Shown here: positions 25,193 through 35,790 of the stretch, piece after piece
How positions within the stretch are numbered: position 1 is the stretch's first letter
Layout of the letters: each line of letters opens with the position of its first letter
Origin: Schmidtea polychroa
Lineage: Eukaryota
Assembly (NCBI GenBank): GCA_044892525.1
Contig: CM097885.1
Span: 24,988,001-25,052,000, forward strand
DNA: 64,000 nucleotides
Direction of reading: 5' to 3'
Translations under genes and position numbers: made by a program
The notes under the pieces: generated by a model
Database searches by the model: none
Told to the model about the DNA's origin: nothing
What the model saw: only the letters and a program-made list of their open reading frames with translations

Positions 25193-27025
25193 ATGAGTAC
25201 CCAAAGGCTAACCAATAATACAAATAACAATGATGAAACACCTGTGTCCACGGTGGGCAACGGCAAGGAAGGCAATGATTATGCGAGTTGTCAAAAACTA
25301 CCTGTGGATCAGTACGGTGGAGATCCGCTGGAATTTGTCGATTTTATGGCAGATTACTATATGTATGCGACGGCCTATGGATGGAGCCAATCGATAATGG
25401 TGCAAAGATTACCGCTATACCTGAAAGGAGCCGCCAGAGAAGCGTGGCAACAAATTGATAAAAGAATAGTAGCAAATGACTGGACCAAGTTGAAAGACGC
25501 GCTAGCCACGAAATTAATCGGAGGGGATATAAAACGGATCATGCGACAGAAATTCTATTACCGCGTACAAAAGCCAGAGGAATCAGTAAGTGAGTTTGCT
25601 TATCATTTATCAACTCTTGCAGAGAAAGCGTTCGAAGTGAAACCAGAACAGGCCGAGATGTCAAAGCAGGTAAAAGAATTACTGCAGGATCAATTCTTGT
25701 CAGGAGTAAAGAAAGAAATTAAAAAGGCTTTATGCTATGTTGATTTTAATGACTTTGATGAATTGATCAAAAAGGCAATGAAAATTGAGCTAAATTTAAA
25801 AAGCACACAGTCAAAATCAGAGTCGTTTGCAGTCATCTCAGGCGCAAGCGAAAGATCAGTAACCCCAATTAGAAACAATCGTTTTCAAGAAACAAGTAAT
25901 CCATCACCAAAATTTAGATCCAAATTTGAGTCGAACAAGGCAACAGATATTCAAATAGATGGAAAGGAAGGTCCCATCCAATGTAGTCATTGCCAAAGGA
26001 TTGGACACCATGTTAACCAATGCTGGTTTAAAAATAGAATACAGAGAAGCCCAATTCCGATTCAGTGTGATAATTGCCAAAGAATGGGACATGACAGCAA
26101 TCAATGCTGGTCCAAAAATAATGTACAACGGAGTCCAAGGCAAATGTGGCCTGATTGGTTAAAAGGAAATGGTGCGAAAAGTTCCACTAAAGCGAACATA
26201 AATGAGCAGAGAACTAATGATAACTTACAATGCTTTAATTGCGGAAGAAAAGGGCATGTGTCACGAAATTGTTTTGCCAGGTCAAGATCAAGATCAACAT
26301 CACCATCACCGCAGAGAGATAAAGTAAATCTACAAGGACAAATTCAATGTCATTCATGCAGAAGTTATGGACACATGGCTAGATCATGTCCAAGAAATAT
26401 GGATAAATTCCAAAGGCCCATATTAAAGAAATCGATTAGGTTTCAGAGTGACAAACCGCAGATGGATAATGTAGCTTTTATTCAGCCAGATAATTTTAAT
26501 GAAAGAATTGAAAGCGAAGTGAGAGAAATGGGTCGACGTTTGGATCGATTGATGTCAAAGTTTGAATCAGAAGAGGACTACAATAATCACATGATGTATG
26601 AGTCGCAAGAGGAATTGAATGAAAAAGAGTCGAAAAGGAGAGTTATAAAAGATGATTTAGAAAGTGAAAAAGCAACAATGATAATGACCAGAATCGAAAA
26701 ACTAATTGGAAATAATGAAATAGAGTCGGCTAAAGTGATCAAATCGTTGAGAGAATTAAGTCAAATATCTTTGAGTATGAGAAAGATAAAAAGTGTAATT
26801 AGCTTGTGCGTTAACTACTATAATATGAATCCAAAGTATAAAGAAGAAATTAAAGAATTAATGAAAATATTTGGAAAAGCTTTGAGAGAGAAAACAGGGT
26901 TAGATTCCATCTTGGTGGAAGTAGTAAACGAGATTGATAAAAGTGTATTATGTTGTCGTTGTGAGGCAAATGATTGTGTAAATGATTTAAAGAAGAAATT
27001 AAAAGAAAAAAGGAAAGATGCATGA
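25193..27025 (+). CDS. gag: Gag (capsid-like domain plus four CCHC zinc knuckles) and first helical module
   Basis: YLKGAAREAW, RVQKPEESVSEF and QFLSG capsid motifs; four CX2CX4HX4C knuckles; first ATG at 25193. Confidence 0.9.
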   Translation: MSTQRLTNNTNNNDETPVSTVGNGKEGNDYASCQKLPVDQYGGDPLEFVDFMADYYMYATAYGWSQSIMVQRLPLYLKGAAREAWQQIDKRIVANDWTKLKDALATKLIGGDIKRIMRQKFYYRVQKPEESVSEFAYHLSTLAEKAFEVKPEQAEMSKQVKELLQDQFLSGVKKEIKKALCYVDFNDFDELIKKAMKIELNLKSTQSKSESFAVISGASERSVTPIRNNRFQETSNPSPKFRSKFESNKATDIQIDGKEGPIQCSHCQRIGHHVNQCWFKNRIQRSPIPIQCDNCQRMGHDSNQCWSKNNVQRSPRQMWPDWLKGNGAKSSTKANINEQRTNDNLQCFNCGRKGHVSRNCFARSRSRSTSPSPQRDKVNLQGQIQCHSCRSYGHMARSCPRNMDKFQRPILKKSIRFQSDKPQMDNVAFIQPDNFNERIESEVREMGRRLDRLMSKFESEEDYNNHMMYESQEELNEKESKRRVIKDDLESEKATMIMTRIEKLIGNNEIESAKVIKSLRELSQISLSMRKIKSVISLCVNYYNMNPKYKEEIKELMKIFGKALREKTGLDSILVEVVNEIDKSVLCCRCEANDCVNDLKKKLKEKRKDA

Positions 27026-27414
27026 TAGAGTTGAGATTTAATGAGAGATTCTTAGAAAATGACGAATTTTTGATAGATTGTGGATTTATACCAGGGAGTA
27101 CAAATGAATTAAAAATGGAAAATGTAATTACTAGTGATGAAATAATGAGTAGTAAAATAATAGACAAAAGGAATTCAAGGGAGATATTAGAGGAATTAAA
27201 TGATGCGTTATATATTGGAGATGAAGATGAAATCAATGAGAAGTTACAGATTATTGAGAAATTAGAAATGGAGGAAAACGATAAACTAAAAATAGTGAAT
27301 GCAATACGACCATATTTACATGTGAAAACCAGATATGCCAAGTTATTAAGAAGTTTATTGCAAAGATTGGGCAAGGAGCTCAGAAAGGCAATTTTTGATA
27401 GCATTAGATTATGA
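27022..27414 (+). pseudogene. Frameshifted segment of the polyprotein (second helical module)
   Basis: The only segment out of frame with gag and pol. DEFLIDCGFIP resembles DEYLYDCGCVP in the next ORF. Confidence 0.65.
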
Positions 27415-30400
27415 GGGATATGGCAAAACGGAATATGTAGACGAGCATTGGTGTGCAAAGGTCCGAAAATTGCGGAAGAGAGCGGCTGAAACGCTGGGAA
27501 AAGATGGAATTATTATAGTAATGTACAAAAGTGAAGAAATTGACGATGATGAATACCTATATGATTGTGGGTGTGTACCACAAGAGCTGGATGAAAACGG
27601 ATATTTGATCCGAGACAGACGAGTGGGATATTTAGTGAACCATATAGTCGTAGTAAAAGGAGTGAGTTTAGAAGTAAATATTGAGTCTAACAAGCCTGAC
27701 ACAGAGGAACAAAATGAAAAAGTTAAGGGAAATAAAGAAATTGATGAAATCGTTAGTGATAATGAGCAAAAAGATCCTGATAACAAAGATCAGTCCACAG
27801 AACCAGACGTACAAGGAGAGCCACTTGTACCTGAAGGCGAAATAAATGGTGAAATCAAAAATAAGAAAGTTAGAACTTTATATGAAATAAAGAAATATTT
27901 AGTGAGGTTAGAACAGGACGTCGACGAAACTAAGAAAATGTTGAAACATCTCGTTAAAGCAGTATATCCAATGTTGGACATAGAAGTAGAGGTAGATGAT
28001 GAACTGAAAGAAATAGTTAAAGAGATGAAGAATAGGCTTCCTGAAGTGATGCAGAAATTTGGCGAAGAGAATACATTTTGCGAGAGATCAGTAATTGAAA
28101 ATTTGGCAAAAAATGAAATTAATAAGGAAGTTATAATAATAGTTTTAATTTATGTTGTTTTAGAAATTGGAACCCATACGTTCGCAAGGTCAGACAAGTT
28201 AGAAAATTTGATAGACATCGCTGCCCGGCTAGTAAACGAATATTTAATGAGCTGGGTAAACGAAAAAGGTGGTTGGAAAACACTGTGTTCATCTCTAACA
28301 GAAAAGAAAAATGAGAAGCAAGAAATGAGTCCACCCCAAAGACGAGTAAATGAAAGAGTTAAGCCAGAACTAAGAAAAACTATGATATTTCCATGGGCGA
28401 TGTTTATGGTGATTACGTTTTGTGCAATAATTACACAAACATCATCTTTAGTTGCGTACGATTGTTCCCAAACTGAAATGGGAAAAGTTTATTCGGTAGT
28501 AGATATGTCGGAGTGCCCAGGTGCGTATCCGAGCAGTTTAAAAATAGAAAATGACGTAAAATATTATGTGTATCAAGAGTCTGATCTGCGAAGAACTCAA
28601 GTGAGAGAGTGTATTGTCAAACATACAACATTTGTATTCTATTGTGGTAAATGGAGCCATACGTCACTCATAAAAATGCATGCGATACCTAGGCCAGTCG
28701 AGGTGCTTCCAGAAAACTGTCTAGCAGCATTTCAAACAGGAGAATTAAAAATAAGTCCAGAAATTCGTTTAAAGGCAAAATTGAACCATAGAATACGAGA
28801 AACAATAATTGTAAAGGGAGTTATGAAAGCAAATGGCGACTGTGAAGGTGAACCATATAAAATGAACGGTAAAATTATTCAGCAAACAGTAGTGCTAGAA
28901 GAATATCTCACGAAGTTGAGAGAGTTCGAAGGAGCTTTCGATGATGATACGGGAAAATTACAAACTCATCCATTCTGTAATATGAAACAAACACATTGTC
29001 AAACAGGGGAATCGATTCTTGTTTATAATGTAGAAACAAATAAGTGTAATTTAACGCACTTAAAAACTATGAACTTTAAAGAGCTAGTAGGAGAACAGTT
29101 TAGAGATAAACCAGATAATTTCAATATGAATTATAGACCAAATAATACCATTAAATCAACCCCAGTATGGACAAAGCAAATGGGAACAGTTTTAATGTCT
29201 ACGTTACCAGCAGATGGAATGCGATTTATAAAAAAGGAAATCACAAATAAATGTGGTCGAATGGTATATGTAACAAATTATAAAGGTGTTTACGTGTCTA
29301 GAAATGTTGTGGAAGAAGCAAAAATTAAAATTCACAGAGATGACATTAAACTTACTCATTATTTTAATAATAAAATTGATTATTTGTTTCATTTTAGTCA
29401 AAACATCATGGAAAATGTATATAGAGAAATGATTCTGAACGATTGTAAGTTGAATAAAGAGATTCTCCGAAATCGGATGGCGATGACAATTACGAATCCA
29501 AATTTAGTAGCACCTATGCTAATATCAGAAAATGGAGTGTTTGCGAGAATATTTGGAGAAGCATTATACAGTTACAAATGCAAAGAAGTCACAGTGAAAA
29601 TTGCCAAATACGAAAAATGTACGAACGAATTACCAGTAAGCTTTGGGGGAAAGGTACGATTTATGGAACCGATAACTAGAATCTTGCTTGATGAACAAAC
29701 TAAACCAAAACTTTTGCAATGCAATCGATTATTAGCCCCTTTATACCGATTAGCTACAGACTCATGGATAGCCTTATCAGATTATCGTGGGGTCAAGACT
29801 CCAGACAAACTAGAATTAACAAATTTAGAATACCTGATAAATTTCACATCACTAAACAAAATGGCACAAATGGGCTTGTATGCAAGCGAAGATATCGAAG
29901 AAGCTCAAAGGAATTTGTTGTTTCCATCCAAAAAGGAACGGATAATTTCAGAAATGATTGACACAGTATTACCGAATGGAGAAGGAACAGTAAATTACGA
30001 AAATTTGCTAACACCTGATCATTTCAAACGAGCTACATATAAAAAGATGGAAAAGATTTGGGGCAAGTTCATGTTTTTGGGACAAGCATGTGCAGGTTTA
30101 GTTGGAATTTACGTGATTATGATAACGGCAAAGATGGTAGTGTCGCAAATGTTGTCAGTACATCGAATATACGTAATATCGGGATGGTCATGGAAATTAG
30201 TTATTGGTTGTATTCCATTGTTGGCTAGATTCTTTATTACAGATCATCAATTTAAAGAAATGGCAAGAGTAAGGGCACAATTAAGAAATGGCCGGAAAAG
30301 TGAGGAATCTACGTGTCAGTCGGAAGATAAAAACGACGATCATAATGATGATAACAACAACGGGGAATCGGAGTATAAATGCTTTCGAAAAAGTGTAATA

Positions 30401-32656
30401 AAGAGTAAAGTAGAGCCAGAGTCCAGGTTCTTGCTTGAACCAATGCCAAAATTAAGCGGGATTGATACTCTTAGTAGATGGTATACCCCGACATTTAGAC
30501 CAACAGGACCAGTATATCCAAGTGAAAAACTAAAGGAGATGAAAGCGGTCGATAATATCACAATAGAATTAGAGAAGATTGAACCAACGAGTGCTGAAAT
30601 TGAAAGAAAGAATATGCTTGGTCTACCATGCAGCTATGCACTAATGATAACAGTAGTAGGAGGAAAACAACCTCGAATAAACATACAGTTTAACAAGAGA
30701 AAAGTGGAAGCTTTATTAGACTCAGGCTCAAGTCATACTATAGTAGCGGAAAGTTTCTTGACGTATCAGGAGAAAGTCAAAATAAAACCAACGAATCACA
30801 TTATTAAATCAATGTCACATAATGCACTAAATATTGTTGGAAAATTAGAAGTTAAACTGATAATTGGAGATCAAGAAATAATTCATTGGGTATCAGTGAT
30901 GAGAAAAAGTCCTGTAAAATGTCTTATTGGCATGGATGTCATGGAGCAACTACATGGAATCTCTCTTGATCTGAGAACTGGAAAACTAATAAAAGGACAA
31001 ATAGGTGAAGTAGTGCCTGAAGTAGGAGAGGTATTTCTAAACCAAACATTGGAAGTACCACCAAAAAGCGAAATAATATACTATGCAGATGTTATGAGGG
31101 TCTCAGATGAGGAGTACATATTTGAGCCAAATCAAAAGCTGGTTGAAAAATACGATGTGCCTATGTGTGATGAAGTAGTGAAAGTCCAAAATAAGTCAGT
31201 ACCAGTTAGAATAGCGAATTATAGTGCAAGATCCGTTGAGATAAAGCCCAAAACCAAATTGGGAAAATTAACAAAAATCAAATCAGAGGAAGCTCAGAAG
31301 TTACCGAGAAATATAAAAATTTATAAAGAACCTCAGATCACAAGCAAAGATTTGACGGATTTGCAAAAACAAGAATTCGGTGCATTATTAAAGAAATATA
31401 GAAATGTATTTGCAAAACATGAGTATGATCTGGGACTCACTCAGGTGATTGAGCATGAAATACCATTACTCAACGAAACCCCAATAAAATTACGGCCGTA
31501 CAGAATACCATACATACATCAGGAAGAAAGTGATCGGCAAATCAAAGCAATGAAAGAATTCAATATAATAAGAGATAGTTCCTCACCATTCTCATCATCA
31601 ATAGTAGTAGTTAAAAAGAAGGACGGTGATTTAAGATTTTGTGTCGACTATCGAAAATTGAACCAAGTTACGAGAAAAGATACATATCCTATTCCTGTTC
31701 CACAGGAAATGTTCGATCAGATGGGGGAGGTGCAATATTTTACGGTAATAGATCTTAATAAAGGATACAATCAATTTAAAGTCAAAGAGAAAGATAGAAG
31801 GAAAACTGCATTTTCAGATGGGAAGGGTCTATATGAGTTTAACGTGTTACCATTCGGATTAACAGGAGCGCCTGCTACATTTCAGAGAGGTATGAATTTC
31901 GTTTTGCGCGATATACCACATGCATTAGTGTATATTGACGATATAATAATATTTTCGAATAGTTTTCAGGAACATTTGCAGGATGTGGAAACAGTATTCA
32001 AGCGATTGTTAGAAGCAAACTTAAAAATAAAACTCTCCAAATGTGAATGGGGAAAATCTGAAGTAGTTTATGTGGGTCATATCATTTCGCGTCGAGGTTT
32101 GCAACCAAATCCAGAAAATATAGAGAAAATTAAGAAATATCCTATTCCCAAGGATGTAGATCAGGTTCGGCAATTTCTGGGATTAGCTAGTTATTACAGA
32201 AAGTTTATTAAAAGTTTTTCACATGTCGCACAACCTTTGAACATGTTATTGAAAAAGCAAGCAAAATTTAAATGGACAACAGCTCAGCAAGAAGCGTTTG
32301 ATAAACTCAAAGAAAGCTTAATAAAACAGCCGATATTAAGATGTCCGAACTTTAAAAAACTGTTTATATTAATGACAGATGCCAGTAATTTCGCATTAGG
32401 CGCGGTATTAGGACAGCAAGTAGAAGGGGAAAAAGATCATGTAATTGCTTATGCCAGCAGATCATTGAAACCTCATGAAAAAAATTATTCGACAATCGAA
32501 AAAGAAACGTTAGCATTGGTATATGGGATAACCACTTTTCGACAATACCTAGTGGGCAGAAAATTTGTTGTCTTTACGGATCACAATCCGTTACAATGGC
32601 TAATGAAGCACAGAGATTCGGCCAGTAAATTAATTAGGTGGTCAATTGCGTTATAA
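27395..32656 (+). CDS. pol: Polyprotein segment: Bcl-2-like domain, chuvirus-like glycoprotein, aspartic protease, RT, RNase H (ends in a premature stop)
   Basis: WVNEKGGW (BH2-like); LVAYDC...YCGKWSH...CTNELPV; LLDSGS; RFCVDYRKLN, LPFGL, YIDD; TDASNFALGAVL, TDHNPL. TAA interrupts WSIAL*EYDF. Confidence 0.9.
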   Translation: MIALDYEGYGKTEYVDEHWCAKVRKLRKRAAETLGKDGIIIVMYKSEEIDDDEYLYDCGCVPQELDENGYLIRDRRVGYLVNHIVVVKGVSLEVNIESNKPDTEEQNEKVKGNKEIDEIVSDNEQKDPDNKDQSTEPDVQGEPLVPEGEINGEIKNKKVRTLYEIKKYLVRLEQDVDETKKMLKHLVKAVYPMLDIEVEVDDELKEIVKEMKNRLPEVMQKFGEENTFCERSVIENLAKNEINKEVIIIVLIYVVLEIGTHTFARSDKLENLIDIAARLVNEYLMSWVNEKGGWKTLCSSLTEKKNEKQEMSPPQRRVNERVKPELRKTMIFPWAMFMVITFCAIITQTSSLVAYDCSQTEMGKVYSVVDMSECPGAYPSSLKIENDVKYYVYQESDLRRTQVRECIVKHTTFVFYCGKWSHTSLIKMHAIPRPVEVLPENCLAAFQTGELKISPEIRLKAKLNHRIRETIIVKGVMKANGDCEGEPYKMNGKIIQQTVVLEEYLTKLREFEGAFDDDTGKLQTHPFCNMKQTHCQTGESILVYNVETNKCNLTHLKTMNFKELVGEQFRDKPDNFNMNYRPNNTIKSTPVWTKQMGTVLMSTLPADGMRFIKKEITNKCGRMVYVTNYKGVYVSRNVVEEAKIKIHRDDIKLTHYFNNKIDYLFHFSQNIMENVYREMILNDCKLNKEILRNRMAMTITNPNLVAPMLISENGVFARIFGEALYSYKCKEVTVKIAKYEKCTNELPVSFGGKVRFMEPITRILLDEQTKPKLLQCNRLLAPLYRLATDSWIALSDYRGVKTPDKLELTNLEYLINFTSLNKMAQMGLYASEDIEEAQRNLLFPSKKERIISEMIDTVLPNGEGTVNYENLLTPDHFKRATYKKMEKIWGKFMFLGQACAGLVGIYVIMITAKMVVSQMLSVHRIYVISGWSWKLVIGCIPLLARFFITDHQFKEMARVRAQLRNGRKSEESTCQSEDKNDDHNDDNNNGESEYKCFRKSVIKSKVEPESRFLLEPMPKLSGIDTLSRWYTPTFRPTGPVYPSEKLKEMKAVDNITIELEKIEPTSAEIERKNMLGLPCSYALMITVVGGKQPRINIQFNKRKVEALLDSGSSHTIVAESFLTYQEKVKIKPTNHIIKSMSHNALNIVGKLEVKLIIGDQEIIHWVSVMRKSPVKCLIGMDVMEQLHGISLDLRTGKLIKGQIGEVVPEVGEVFLNQTLEVPPKSEIIYYADVMRVSDEEYIFEPNQKLVEKYDVPMCDEVVKVQNKSVPVRIANYSARSVEIKPKTKLGKLTKIKSEEAQKLPRNIKIYKEPQITSKDLTDLQKQEFGALLKKYRNVFAKHEYDLGLTQVIEHEIPLLNETPIKLRPYRIPYIHQEESDRQIKAMKEFNIIRDSSSPFSSSIVVVKKKDGDLRFCVDYRKLNQVTRKDTYPIPVPQEMFDQMGEVQYFTVIDLNKGYNQFKVKEKDRRKTAFSDGKGLYEFNVLPFGLTGAPATFQRGMNFVLRDIPHALVYIDDIIIFSNSFQEHLQDVETVFKRLLEANLKIKLSKCEWGKSEVVYVGHIISRRGLQPNPENIEKIKKYPIPKDVDQVRQFLGLASYYRKFIKSFSHVAQPLNMLLKKQAKFKWTTAQQEAFDKLKESLIKQPILRCPNFKKLFILMTDASNFALGAVLGQQVEGEKDHVIAYASRSLKPHEKNYSTIEKETLALVYGITTFRQYLVGRKFVVFTDHNPLQWLMKHRDSASKLIRWSIAL

Positions 32657-35362
32657 GAATATGATTTCGAGATAAAATATCGTACAGGAAAGTCAAATGC
32701 AAATGCGGATGCTATGTCGAGAATACCCGTAGAAAATAATGTTGATCAAGAGGAAAATAATTGCGAAAATACAATATTCATGGAAATTAAAACGGTAAAT
32801 AATATAGAAAAATTACAAGATGATCAGGAAAATGACGAGGAATTAAATCAGTTACGTCAACATGCTGTCTCAATCAAAAAGGAGAGTGACTGGAAACATA
32901 TTGTCGAAGAGAACCATAAATACATTATTCATGATGGTTTGTTAAAATGTGTACAAAATGAAAATTTGTTAATTATTGTTCCGACAAAACATCGAAAATA
33001 ATTACTGTTGTTGTATCACGATGGAGGATTAGGAGGGCATTTATCAGCGCGAAAAACATTATCAAGATTGAAACAGAAATATTATTGGAAAACGATGGAA
33101 CAAGATGTCAGACAATGGTGTCATACGTGTGAGATATGCCTAACAAGACGAAATACGGGACGGAAAATAAAAGTTCCGCTTAAGCCTATGCCAGTGCCAA
33201 AGGCGCCAATGGAAATGACAGCAATGGACATCGTTGGTCCATTGCCGGAAACAACAAATGGCAAAAAATACATTATTGTTTTTTGCGACTATCTTACTAA
33301 ATGGCCAGAAGCTTATGCAATGCCAAATCAGAAAGCAGAAACAGTTGCGAAAATATTTGTGGAGAATATTATTTTTCGATACGGAGCACCAAAGAAATTA
33401 CTTACAGATCAAGGAACAAATTTTCAGAGTGAATTATTTAAATCAATCACAGATTTATTTGGTATATTGAAACTTAGTACCTCACCATATCATCCACAAA
33501 CAGATGGTCTAGTTGAAAGATTTAATGGGACACTAATTAATATGATATCATCCTATGTAAATAGGAAACAAAAGGATTGGGATTTATTCATTAAACCATG
33601 CTTATTTGCATACCGGAATGCAGTAAATGAAAGCACTGGAGAAACACCCTTTTATCTCATGTATTTACGACGAAACAATATGCCAGTCGATCTAGAATTT
33701 CAGTCACCTATTTCCCAATATATGGATGTGTCAGATTATAAAATAGCTATGCATGAAAGACTACAGTCAGTATGGATCCAAGCTGGACTTAACATAAGGC
33801 ATCATCAAGAAGCGTATAAAGAATGCTATGATAAACGCGCACGGGTACATGACATTAAAATTGGAGATCTCGTGTATATAAACAAACCAGAACCAACAAA
33901 AGGCTTGTCAAAGAAATTGCAACGACCGTTTAAAGGACCATATCTAGTGTGTGATACGACAGAGACTAACTTAAAATTGCGTCCACAAAACAATAAAAAG
34001 GCTGGGACAATCATCGTTCATGTAAATAGATGCAAGAAGATAATAGGAGAAGATGAATCACGTTATCCATTGAGATCAAAACAAAATAAAGATGCAGGGA
34101 ACCCAGTAATTAAACAAAAGTTTACAAAAAACCCTGCTCCATTGAGTTACATCAATAAAGTTTTATTGATTACAACAGTAATGATTATCAATATAATGTC
34201 AGTAAATGCAGTGAGAGTATTCCCGTTATATGCAACTAATACAGTTGTATTATTAGACAAAGTTCATATTTATTCAACATGTACTCAAATAGTTTGGGTT
34301 TATTATGCTGGAGGAGCAGAAGAAATAGAGATAAATAATCTAATAAACTATTTTGAACCCCCAATAAAATTGAACAGCACCAAAAATATTTATGTGGCTA
34401 GACAATTAACAATGAATTATGAATACCCTTGGGTAATTACGCAATTGGATTCGAAAAGTAATAATACAAAAATACAAAATCTTATACGGATTAATATTTG
34501 GACAAAGAGATTACATAATCGAGTATCAATTGAACCACTGGTAAATGGAATTGACATATATTGGGAACCCCAGGAATCCCAGCAAGTAAAAGCAGTTTTT
34601 CAAAATTATGCGATAGATACATTGAATAGCAGAAAACCCTTTATAAAGTATGCAAATTTAAAATTACATCATAACTATAATATTCTGATTCATTATTATG
34701 AAAAATCTTTATATGAAAACGGAACTGAAATTGATAGCCAATGGATCAGAATACACTCTAGTCAACATATGATACGATTAGTTAATGAAACAAACCGGGT
34801 TACTTTTCATATTTTCAATCAATTAGTGAATGTTACCCGACAAGCGGAGCCCAATCAAAAAGCTATTTTATATTATTATGGAAAAATTCAATCGATATTA
34901 AATGAAAAAAATAAATCTCAAATATTAACTTTTCGTCAACGTTCACCAATATCGACGTCAAAATTTGTGTTCATTAAAATAAAATACTATAGACGTTCTC
35001 TATTTTCAAATTTATGGCAATTAACTTTAGTAGAAAATAAAATTGTGCAAATTCCATCTATCAACTCACAGTATGGAAATCGAAACAAATCAAATCAGTC
35101 CAACCGAACCCCTAGCTCTGCCAACGTAATCATCTTTTCTAGCATCAATGAGTCAATGACTAATAACGAAACCATATCGTCATTAAAAACGGACAGTGAA
35201 ATTGTGTGTGCAACATTATTAATAACTACTCTCATTATAACAATCTCTCTCATTATTCTCATTATCATTGTGTTAATTGAATTTCGAACAATACCCAAAC
35301 CTTCTACGAATCGATCCGAGATTGCGAGACCTTGGGTCGTTTATGAAGAAACATTTGTGTAG
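32657..35362 (+). CDS. RNase H end, integrase (HHCC, DDE core, GPY) and fused C-terminal type-I membrane protein; one internal stop at 32999-33001
   Basis: YHDGGLGGH...CHTCEIC, MDIVGP, TDQGTNF, YHPQTDGLVER, PFKGPY. Then hydrophobic VLLITTVMIINIMSVNA, an Asn-rich ectodomain and the TM segment IVCATLLITTLIITISLIILIIIVLI. Confidence 0.88.
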
Positions 35363-35790
35363 TAAGACATAAATACTTTGCATGCAAAAATTGATAAAGT
35401 AGTAGTAGTAATATAGTATAAATATTTTATGGATATTATTAGTATTTTATTTCATTATGGATATGATCAATATTTCATTTTATTTTACTTGTGAATCTGC
35501 ACTTTTCAATGTCAACGGAAAGAATCAATTTGATTGGTTAGCGCTGTGTTAAGGGGGAGAGAAAAACGGGGTTAAGGGAATTTTCACAAGGGTATTAAAA
35601 GAGGGTAAAATCCATTAAACTCCATTAATTTTGAGGAAAAAAATATATATCAACAATTAACTAAACGGTAATTATTATTATTTATTTATACAGCTAGTAG
35701 CTGGGACAGTATCCTTCGGATACTTCATCTCAGCCCTAGTTTTAAAAGTAAAGTAAATTCAAACGTTAAATTATAACTATTTTAGCAAAA

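Noticed and set aside
27380..27414. Programmed gag-pol ribosomal frameshift
   Set aside because: No X XXY YYZ slippery heptamer was recognised, and two compensating indels explain the frames more simply. Not fully excluded.
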